DNA from: Takakia lepidozioides
Lineage: Eukaryota > Plantae > Bryophyta
DNA: 64,000 bases
Assembly (NCBI GenBank): GCA_030704615.1
Contig: CM060734.1
Location: 47,430,001 to 47,494,000, forward strand
Direction of reading: 5' to 3'
The notes beneath the pieces were generated by a model, which saw only the letters and a program-made list of their open reading frames with translations, was not told the DNA's origin and did no database searches. Of this stretch, positions 1-10,426 are shown piece after piece. How positions within the stretch are numbered: position 1 is the stretch's first letter; the number at the start of each line of letters is the position of its first letter. Both the position numbers and the translations under genes were made by a program.

Positions 1-1735
1 TGACCTCCCTTTGTACGCGGAGGCTATGGCGAAGCATCTATCTTTGCCAAACAACATATAGACGTGCTTACTTGCGGGGTAGCGTGTTCTTGGATGATTG
101 TGCCTCAGTCTCAGGGGGTAGTTGCAGTGACAACATTGACTAGCATGAAGGCCGGATAATGTCCTTTTGGTTTCAATGAAATATAAAAAATGGGGATTTC
201 GGGACGTTTCACCCCCACCTACACTGACAAGTCTCCTTCATTGTTATATTTTATTCCACTACATGGCCAAATGAATTACAGCGCCCCCCCCCCCCCCCCC
301 CACCCCCCCCGTCTTGCATGATTCCCCTCTAGAAGCCGTTAGACAGTATTCAAAACAAGAGCCAAAAGAATTCTATCATCATTCTATGCAAAAATACAAG
401 AGAGAATGACCACATGAGTGGGGGGTCGCTTCCTTAACCATTAAGTTCCCAAGCCCTTTTTTGACTTTTTACCAATTTTGGGTACCCAGCTGCAGTAAAT
501 TGCCCCTAGAAACCTACCAAAAATCATCCAGAGATTCCAGCCTTATAGCAATGGGCCCAGCTCATTTATGCATGGCATACCAAAAAATGAGCCAAGTCCA
601 CCGTGGAAATTGTGAGATATAACGTTGGCCCGGACCTCAAATATGAGGTCCCAAAGAAAAAGTGAGAAAGAAATTGGTTTGACCAAATCAAAACCTAGCT
701 TTATCCAATTTTGCTTGCCCCAAGACTCACCATTTCCAAACCAATAGTGGACTGGCTATGACCCCACTAAATTGCAAGTCCAACTGATTTTTTCACCTAT
801 GGTTGCTTTGCATGCAATTACATGGGGGTTGAAATCTCAAAATTGACAAGAGAAAACGTGCCTCCAAATGAAGTACTTTTTTTTCTACAAAATTTTTAAA
901 AGACAATGGTGGATGTGTGTATGTAATGCTCACACACCACAAGGTGAAGTGCTTTTTCCAAAATTGCTAATTTTCTGCCAAAAATGGCCTTTGGAGTGCA
1001 ATCTGTTTTGGGCTTGTTTACATACCACGTCAGCGGTCAACAAGCCCTTTTCAGGCCCCAAAACGTAAATGAGAGATCTAAGATATTTTTTGTAGGTCGT
1101 AGCTTTTGTTGTTTTTGTTTAATTTTGTTTTTTCATCATACTCGAGACAAATCCCTTGTCATTAAAGCTTCAGGAGTGGGCCATCAGATTAGATCTGCAA
1201 AAAATAGGTCGAACTGCAAATTCAAAGTGACCCGATTCAGGTCGCTTGGTTTGCCATCAATCTAAATCACCACTTCTCCTAATGAGCTTTAGTGCGCCAG
1301 ACAAGGGCAAAAGAACAATCGCCAAGCTATGTCTTGTTAGGTGCTAGTGTGCCTCAATGATCCAAGCAATCTCTTCTAGACAATATCGTCATTATTCGCA
1401 TTGATTATATGACAATGAAAGAGGGGGACGCTCAAAGAGTTGGCATAGGGAGATTGTAGGAAGAAGTGGTGGCTCAACGTAGGTGAAGACAAAGAGGAGG
1501 GAAAGCCGACATCTTCTTGAACCAATGCGCTGAAATCACACAATGAAGTCTATCCCTACCAACTCTGTCACCCAACGCTTTAACAACAAAGACGTTGAGG
1601 GAGGGAGATCAAGAGGCGATGGCACCACAGGGAGGGTGTAGAGAAAAGAAATTGCAAATAGTGAGGAGAGACAAAGAGAAGGGAGAAAGGAGAAGGAGCG
1701 AGAGACGCTCTCTGGGAAATAGCCATCCATGAGAT

Positions 1736-2342
1736 TCATTGTGAGTCTCATATTGCTACGTTTCATGAATGCCCCCAAAAACACTTAAGTAGGCGTCAAT
1801 GAAATGCATCGAAAAGACACAGTCTCCACAATACAAACTTTCATGAGTTACAACTCTGGGAGGAAGATGAAGAGCTGGAGGGATGGACAAGACTACTATG
1901 GAAGGTGGGAAGAGGGGCTCTAAATAACTAAGTCCCATACCTTCCCTCATTGTGAGTCTCATATTGCTATGTCCCATTGTTGTCATGAATGCCCCCAAAA
2001 ACACTTAAGTCGGCGTCAATGAAATGCATCGAAAAGACACAGTCTCCACAACACAAACTTTCATGAGTTACAACTTTGGGAGGAAGATGAAGAGCTGGAG
2101 GGATGGACAAGTCTATTATGGAGGGTGGGAAGAGGGGCTTTAAAAAACTAAGTCCCATACCTTCCCTCATCGCAACATGCGGAGCCCCCTTTTTCAATCC
2201 CACCATATGCAAGATGAAGAGCTGGAGGGTGGACAAGACTACCCTCTATGGAAGGTTGGATGAGGGGCTCTGAAAAACTAAGTCCCGCACCTTCCCTCAC
2301 CGCAACATGCGGAGCCCCCTTTCTCAATCCCACCATATGCAA
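1736..2342. repeat. Composite tandem repeat array
   Basis: A ~210-bp unit is duplicated (from ~1736 and ~1947). Its sub-block 'aagatgaagagctggaggg...taagtccc(a/g)(t/c)accttccctca' occurs three times (~1864, ~2084, ~2211). 'cgcaacatgcggagccccctt...ccaccatatgcaa' occurs twice (2171, 2301). Confidence 0.9.
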
Positions 2343-3036
2343 CATTTCTGATAGCATATATATTTTTCATTAGGTCGGATGTGTAGTATCATCTAAGATA
2401 CACCCAGGTAGGTGTGTAGGCATCAACTGAGTCTGGGAGTGTAGGTATGTCAGTAAAGAGGTGGGGTATTGGCAGAAAACGACAGTGAAAGAGGGAGAGG
2501 ATAGAGGAAGGCACAGTAAAATAATAAGAGAGGCTGTGCAGGGTAGAAGGCATCCAGCCAGGTTTGACTGGAGCCGTTTGTTCTTTGCTCCATTGCCCAC
2601 CATGGCTGCCTCTCCGTTTCATGATGTAAGTGCTTCCACTTCTCACGATTCCTGCTGTGTGAGCAAAGCAGAGAGTTGGGTCATTCTGCTTTTCAGTGTT
2701 GCTGGGGTTGTTTCTATTGTGCAGACGGATGCGTGTCAGTGCAGATGATGGTTTGGGTTGTTCCAGTTCACCCTTCTTGTGGCACGGAGTGATCTGCAGT
2801 GGCCAGGGGATGGCTGTAGCGAAGGGGAATCGTCGTTTTGGGATACCTATCCGTCAATCGTTGTAGTCAACTTTAGTTTTTCGTTTGTGGATTTGATAGC
2901 TGTGTGGACCCTTCCTTCGAAGCCCATCTTACGTGGGGTAAAGAAGCTTCAGAGGTAGTAAAGAAGCTTCGAGGTCTCCAAGGAGCACAAAGCAGATGAA
3001 ACTTGCAGTGGATGTTTCAGTGTTTCGAGCCAAGCG

Positions 3037-6000
3037 ATGGATTTTCCTGTGCTACTTTCACACATGCTGCCATACGCTGCCATACTTTTGGGAATTGTTA
3101 CAACTAGTACGCAAGCTCGCCCTGAAAATTAGCACGTCTGTGCAGCCATAGCGTAGGGAGCTTGGACACGCCCCTCAGATTGCTTTCTATTGCGTTGCAT
3201 GTACTATTACTGCTCATACTACTGAGGAAAGCATCCAGCTGGCAGGCTTTCGCGAGTGCGACCTGCATATTGTAGGGGTCGAAGCACTGTCGGCTCAAAT
3301 CTTTAGATCACTGTTTTCCACGAGATTCTAACGTACTAACTCTGAGTGTTGATTGGTTTCATGCACCCGGTCTATTCTGTTTTCTTTCAGTTTTTTCCTC
3401 CCCCAACTGCACTTCTCAGGAGAGATAATTCGAAGGGGCTCCTTCTCAAGGTTTTCACAATAGATTATAGACCTGACCGGTAGAGCTTGAAATGAGATGC
3501 TGGTTGTAGGACTTTTGGATGTGGCACTAAGAAGTGATAAACTGCATGTGGCACGGACTACAGATGTGGAGTTTTCTGGGAAGGTGAGAAGAGGATGTGG
3601 CAGTGGCTGGAGCATGTATCATCTCGATTTTACCATGTGTTTGCCTGTCTCTGGGGTTGCTTTGGGTCAAAGAGCTCGCGAACCGGGCGGGCGGCCTTGA
3701 AGACCCTGACACCATCGCTAGTGGCACTGCCTGTATGCCTCCTCGCCTGTTAAGACCAATGTTGGGAAGGGGCTTTTGTTCAAGGTCTTCAATGATCATG
3801 TCATTGCAAGCTGTGATTGTTGAGATCCTCATAGAGTTTTCATTTCGACACCCTTAACATGGCAAATGTCACAACCTTCATTACTGCTTTTTACAAGCAT
3901 GTAAATTGCAGAGTGTCTTCCAGCTGGCATCCAGGACTGTTGAGAAAACTGACCCGGAGGTTTTATTGACTGGCGCGGACTTATGCAACTAAAACTACTC
4001 GCCGGAGCTATTCAGTCATTGGCAAGATTATGAACTCTGTTGTCACTATTGTGGCTTCCTTACTGCTTGTGGTGTTTGTGCAGCTCACACTGGGAATTCT
4101 CTTGAACAATTCCCTCACATGTGCAGTCTGTGAAGGGTTGGTGACATTTGAGTCAGCTTGTGGCCCATGCTGGTTGGTGCTTCACTTCTGCAATTATTCA
4201 TAATGGTTTGCCGCAATAAAACCTAGTCCTAGTGCTTATGTTGCTGACAGGTAGATGGGTGGGATTTGGTGTTGCAGTTAGTGTGAGTGAGGTGGAAGCA
4301 CTGTACGAGCTCTTCAAGAAAATTGCTAGTTCTGGTATTGATGATGGTGTTGTAAACAAGGTAGTCCTCTCTTGCACCCTTTCCTATGTGGGGTCATAAG
4401 GATATGTCCATTCTCAAAGAGCACTAAATTGTTACCCCTACCCCTTCTCCCTTAGGGTATTGTAAGTTGGGAGCTTGGCATTCTTAAGCATGTTGTGCGC
4501 ATGTTTGTATTTGTGGACCAATCAACTTGAATTCGTTAGTCGCGAATGCAAAGCTAGCAGAGGCCCTGCAAGTTAAGATCTTAGTATTGAGCACTTTGGA
4601 TGTGCCAGTTTTTGGTTTCAATGTCAATGGATTTGTTAAGGACAGCTCCCCCTCCTTGTAACAGGGGGAGTCTCACAGGAGTCACAGTGTGAAGACACTT
4701 GGAGCAAACCTTCTTGTCATTCAGGTCTAATGTCTGTACCATGTCCTTTAACAGGAGGAGTTTCAAATAAGCACACTTTTCAAGAGTGGTGGGAAGGAGA
4801 GCCTATTTGCAGATAGGGTATGGCTCTCTCCCTATGCTAACAGGAAACATAATCTTGTTGTTGAATTTTCATATGAGGAGACAGCATATTGTGTATGTTA
4901 TCTCTATACACCTGATTTGAGAGAGAATGAGAGGATTTTGTTGTTACCACTGGTGACTTGCTTTCAGGAATATATCCTCTTGAGCTGGTTGTAGGTGATT
5001 TTTGGTTACTAGGGATGGTCCAAATTTGCACTTGCTGCTGTACTAGGGGGTTGTAGTTGACCCGGAACAGGTCTGAAATGACTTTCATTCTTTCATTGTT
5101 GGCCTCCCACACAGATGTGTTTCCAATCAATCTATGCTTCAAGGATCTAAACTTTTATTGAGGGAGGTTCAGGTCAAGTTTCTCCATGTAATGGGAGGCC
5201 TGGTATTGCCTGGTTTTGATGAAGCGCATTCATATTTTGAGGAAACAATGCAGGTGTTCAATCTGTTCGATGAGAAGCAGAATGGATTCCTGGAGTTTGG
5301 AGAGTTTGCTCGCGCTCTTTCAGTCTTCCACCCCTCTGCCCCTGTGGAAGATAAGATAGACTGTAAGATTTATTCAGAGTCCTGTTTCTATCATTTTGCT
5401 ACAAGAAGAGGAAACCTCCAATAGTACCATTGTATTATCACCTGCCAGATACACCACGTCAGCATATGCCAGGCATAGTCGATGCTGATCCGCTCTAGGG
5501 TTATGGTTGCTTCTGGGTTCTTATGGGTGCTTGAAAGAGCTTTTGGTGCTGCAACAAATTGTCCCAGTTCATTGCTGCAGTAAATTCTGAACAGTGTGAT
5601 CAAACTATGAAGCATGGTGTCCTCTCACGCATGTTAGGTGTTGACTGGGGACGAACAGTTAAAGAAGTTTAATGTTGCAGCTTCTAAATATAGTGTGTGG
5701 TTGTGATGTAGTTGCGTTTCGGCTCTATGATCTACGGCAGCAGGGCTTCATAGAGCGGCAAGAGGTTAGACACCTGCTCTAGAGGGGCTTGAGCATCTGT
5801 ATGGGTGGTAATATCCACCAAGATATCAGGAAATTAACTGGGTAATGGATACCTGCACCTAGTTTACAAGCAGTTCATCTTTGCAGTCTTTTAGGCTGTG
5901 GTGCCTGCAGATAACATGTGCACACAATTGAACCCAGGTCTGTGTTGGGTATGATTTGTCCCTTTCGCCTGCTGCACTTGGCCAGTACTGGAAATGGAAG

Positions 6001-7607
6001 CATTTTTACAGCAGAGGAAGATTGGCAGTCCCATTTCCATGTGGCACTATTAACCCTCAACTTCCACAATTGTTTAGAACCTGGAAATGTATATTCTATG
6101 CAGTGACTGGTGTTTACATGCACATATGGCTCCAGCATGTTGTGAAATTCAGAATCACATATCTCATACTGCATCATGTAGTTGTCTCTTCCACCTTGCA
6201 TAAACAATGTCAAGAAAGGCAGGTGGTCATGTAGGACGACTGGTTTGTATCGACAGGGGACCTAGCCTCCTCCTGTAGGTTATGGGTAGTACTGGTCATA
6301 AAAATCGTGGTTACTAGTTGTTCTGGTTGGAGATCTTGTTGTTCTGTGTCAATAAGCGAGACAGGAAGCTAAGAGTACATATGGGAGTGGGACTTGGATT
6401 GGCAGGTGAAGCGGATGGTGGTTGCGACACTGGCAGAGTCAGGTCTGAACCTCTCAGATGATGTGGTTGAGGAGATCATTGATAAGGTGCATTCATTCAC
6501 CCTTGTGCTTCTGTCTGTATGGGGCAAGCACTCACTTTTTTGGGTGTTTCTCGCAGCAGTGTGCAATGGACATTGTAGAGTCAGTTTACATAAGTTCCTG
6601 ATCATTGGTTTGTGGTGACCAAATTTATAAGTGATACACTGCTAATAGATGGTAGCTTTGCGAAAGAGGTTTCTTTGTGAATAAGACAAGACCCTATTCT
6701 ACAGTAGGTTTCAACTTCTGGCTTATGGGTGCTGAGTCCTCTGCTTACAAACCTGGTCATTCTGTAAGGCAACCTTCAAAGGAAAGTGGCCACCCGTTAA
6801 TACCGGTTGCAGCATTGATGTTGGGAACTTAGTGGCCTGTTCATGCTTTGGGGCTGGGATACAAGCTTTGACAGCTGGGGATGAGCTACAAGCAATAGCT
6901 GCTTGTGATGAGTTTGTGATTGCACTTCCAGTTGCAATATCATGTGTGTAGTTCAAATCATCTTCATTAGTTAACACAAAGTCCTGTAGACGTGACGCAG
7001 TAAACTAACCTAAATTGAGTGCATTTAGTATCTTATTAACTGGTTGCTGTAGGTGTTTGTAAAGGGGGTGCGACTCATGCTTGCTGGCAAAGTTAGAACT
7101 TTGCGAAAATGAAAAGATGGTGCTTTTAAGTAATACTGTTTCGGGTTCTCTCGTGGGGATGGCATCTATAGACCTTCAAAGAGGCCGACACAAAAAATGA
7201 TGGGAAGATTGACAAGGAAGAGTGGCGCAGTCTGGTGCAGCAGCATCCCTCTCTTCTTAAGAACATGACTCTTCCCTACCTCAAGTGAGTACTCCTATAT
7301 TCTCTCTTTTCTGTTCTGCATGCATCTGTCAAAGGTTGACCATCAATGTTCCATATGAGGGATGTGACTCAGCTTGTTGCTATAAATATTGGCTTCTATG
7401 GTTGTCTGCACTTGGAACCATCTATTGCAAAAGATAAGTGATTGAGTGGTGTCTGCATGCACAAGGTGTCTAATATAGGTGTTTAGAAGACTGTAGATTG
7501 TTCACATCTGATGGACCATATTTCTGGTTTATTTCTGCTGGTGTAACAGGGACATCACAACGACTTTTCCTAGTTTTATTTTCCATTCACAGGTGGAGGA
7601 TACTTGA
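3037..7607 (+). CDS. CBL: Calcineurin B-like EF-hand calcium sensor, ~252 aa, with hydrophobic N-terminus
   Basis: Exons 3037-3106, 3604-3732, 4278-4360, 4755-4817, 5254-5362, 5712-5764, 6406-6486, 7172-7284, 7550-7607, all GT-AG and frame-consistent (759 nt). Motifs: [104 protein letters not shown]. Core exon sizes 83/109/53/81/113 match the CBL pattern. Exon 1 is the least certain. Confidence 0.93.
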
Positions 7608-8580
7608 AGGATCTACAGAGGGGTCGTTGAGTTTGCTAAGAGTTGTGGCAGTGAGTTGCTTTCTCCGGGGATCATACCACTGCTAACGAAGGAACAGACA
7701 AGGCCCATGCAAAGCTAGTGTCAGTAGTAACCCAGTATAAAGTTTGCTGTGTCGCAGAAAGAATTTTGTCTTGATTGACCGGCCCTATTGGTCTGTCGAT
7801 GTCCAGGATGTAATTGATAATTAGCAGTGTTTGGAGTCAGGATTTGTAGTGATGGTTGTCTTTTTGACACACGATATATGAATCAAGAAAAAAAAGTAAT
7901 GTGGAGATTTATTAGGGGCACCATAAATTGTATTTGAGCTCAGGCACGGAATTGAGAGCCTCCAACTGGTTGGGTACAACCCCTTGTCAAGATGTTGTGT
8001 GTGCATAGTGAACTTGATAGATGCATGCATACTGCTGACCCTACCTGCCTTCTCAGTAGATTTGATACAGTTGTTCTCAGTATGTCTAAACTGGCCAGGA
8101 AAACAATGTTGAGATGGAGGATCAGCCCAAGGATTCTAACTTACTGACAGTGTGTGGAGTCCATTAAGGTGGTGTTATACAATCTGACTACTGTCCCTAG
8201 AGTATCAGATCAGGTTATTCTTGGCTCCTACCTAGTTCACCAATCCACATATACCACCAATTTCTTAGGGCTTGGTGACTTGTGACTTCCCCTTAATCCA
8301 CTGCCACAATGGCAATTGGAATATCCTTGAGAACTTGCACTAAATTCCCCTCCGCTGATACACCCGAAGGAAGAGCTGCGCGCACGCGAGGTTACAAGAG
8401 CATTTGCCCTTGCAGGTTTCAAAACCCTCTGAACATACTAAAGGAGTCCGTAAAGTACTAAAAGAGGGAACGAGTTACGAAACTGGGGATCCAAAGAGGT
8501 TGCTGCGAGGCTGAGGGTAGCAGACTCGCACTGTGTTTGGCTGACTTTACGTTTGCGCTCAAACTGGGCATGAAATAGGT

Positions 8581-9838
8581 AGGGAATTCCAAAAAGGCCT
8601 TGATGTGAAATGCATCGCAATTCACTTGATCACCCCCTAAAAGTGCGCAATTCAATTGAATTGCAAGGGCAATTCAATTGAACTAACCCTAATTTGCAAT
8701 TCAATTGAATTGTCGGCACACGATTCAATTGAATTGCAGTCAACAATTCAACAATTCAATTGAATTGCCAATTCGCAATTCAATTGAATCGCTAGTTGGT
8801 GTGCCGACAATTCAATTGAATTGTAATCTATAAATTTTAACTTATTTTTGTATATAATATATAATATATATGTACATGTATATATTCTAATATTATGTAT
8901 ACATATATAAGAGTATAAGCTAAAAATACATGTTGCCCGTCTATTCTTGCTGGCCCTCTTTCTTTTGCCCTTGAGGAAATTGTGGAGTTGTGAAGCCACC
9001 CTCAGCCTCAGCGAGAAAGGGAGAGCCAGAGATGGAGACAGATCAGCAGCTTCGAGCAGCTTCTTGTGATTCACTGGCAAAAGAAACATGGCTGGCTCCG
9101 AAAAAAAAAGACAAAATGAAACCTGACAATTGATGAAAGGCTTCCCCTGCATCACCATGTAGTCCCCTAATACTAGTATCTGGCCCAAGACAAAGAAAAC
9201 AAAAAATATGTTCATCTTGAGAATTATCAAAAATTGAGATACCCTTACAAAGGTATCATGTTGAAGTTGGGATGTGTGTTCCATATAAGTTTAATATATC
9301 AAACTCTTACACGTTGATACTCTTACATTGGTATCATGTTTGGTATATGTACATAGCCCACCAACATCCACAAAGAGAGACAATCCCGCTTTTACAAGCG
9401 CTTCGTGAGTTCCTCTCTCTCTCTCTCCCTCTCTCGCTCTCCCTTAGGCTTATCTTGGGCTCAAGCCTTACCACGGGCAAAGGATTGACAGACGGACAGC
9501 AAGAATAGATGGGCAACATGTATTTTTAGCTTATACCTGTGTATGTATATATGTATAATTTAAATATATACATATATATTATATACAGAAATAAGTTAAA
9601 AATTATAGATTACAATTCAATTGAATTGTAGTCAGCAATTAAATTGAATTGCCAACTAGCAATTCAATTGAATTGCACTTAACAATTCAATTGAATTGCC
9701 AATTTGCAATTCAATTGAATCATGTGCCGACAATTCAATTGAATTGCAAATTAGGGTTAGTTCAATTGAATTGCGCACTTTTAGGGGGTGATCAAGTGAA
9801 TTGCGATGCATTTCACATCAACCTTTTTGGAATTCCCT
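8581..9838. mobile_element. Non-autonomous foldback / Pack-MULE-like DNA element with long TIRs
   Basis: TIRs ~8581-8952 and ~9497-9838 (agggaattccaaaaagg...ctattcttgctg / cagcaagaatag...cctttttggaattccct). Each carries ~7 copies of the palindrome caattcaattgaattg. Flanks aaataggt (8573-8580) and aaatagga (9839-9846) form a 7/8-matching TSD. No transposase. Confidence 0.9.
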
Positions 9839-10426
9839 AAATAGGATTTACTCATAGGTGGGGCCCAGACTCAGGATGGCTTTACAGATAGCTTTATTAT
9901 CATCTGTTTCTTAGGAATTGTGGAGAACTTTCAACAATCTCTCTCTTTACTTGTGGGCGGTAATTGGTGTGATGAGGATGATGATCTGCCCTCCAACCCC
10001 ATCGACATTGAAAATCTGCTCTGATGACAGCTTCAAACTTGTGGGAGGTCCTGCCCGTGGTCTCTGGCATCCGTCAAGCACTTCTAAAGACGTCTGAGTT
10101 GATCAAGAGTGTTGCGCGTAGGTTAGATTGTATATGGGACCATAGTACTATGAACGATCAGACGCTTGTTACTAGCCTTATGAAGGCATATTCACATGTA
10201 ACATTTATGAATCATGTCTCAAAGCCTGCCTAGTCAAAGAGCAGAATGAGCTAGGGTTGAGCTCTGATCTTCTGGTTCTTGAACAGCTGGAATTCTCAGG
10301 AAATGCAGTTAGATTAGCAAAGTTAGATTAGCAAAGCTCGGTTTGGAAATGGAGGGATGAGACTCTGAAATCAAAGCGTTGCATGCAACTGGTAGTGATT
10401 GCCAAGGTGTTCCGCACGAGGCTAAA

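Noticed and set aside
255-1260. DNA-transposon-like block with poly-C run and small hairpin (ggacctca-aata-tgaggtcc)
   Set aside because: Possible termini match only weakly and no TSD was found, so it cannot be supported as a defined element.
1320-1385. Copia RT-like peptide on the minus strand (KRLLGSLRHTST*QDIA)
   Set aside because: Too short and degenerate, with no other Copia motifs or LTRs nearby.
8748-9284. 178-aa ORF from the ORF track
   Set aside because: It runs through an AT microsatellite and palindrome repeats of the TIR. Only a spliced internal part looks like a gene fragment.
8648-9776. CRISPR-like appearance of palindromic repeats with variable spacers
   Set aside because: Repeats are 16 bp and spacers only 6-16 bp, the two arrays are mirror images forming TIRs, there are no cas genes and the context is eukaryotic.
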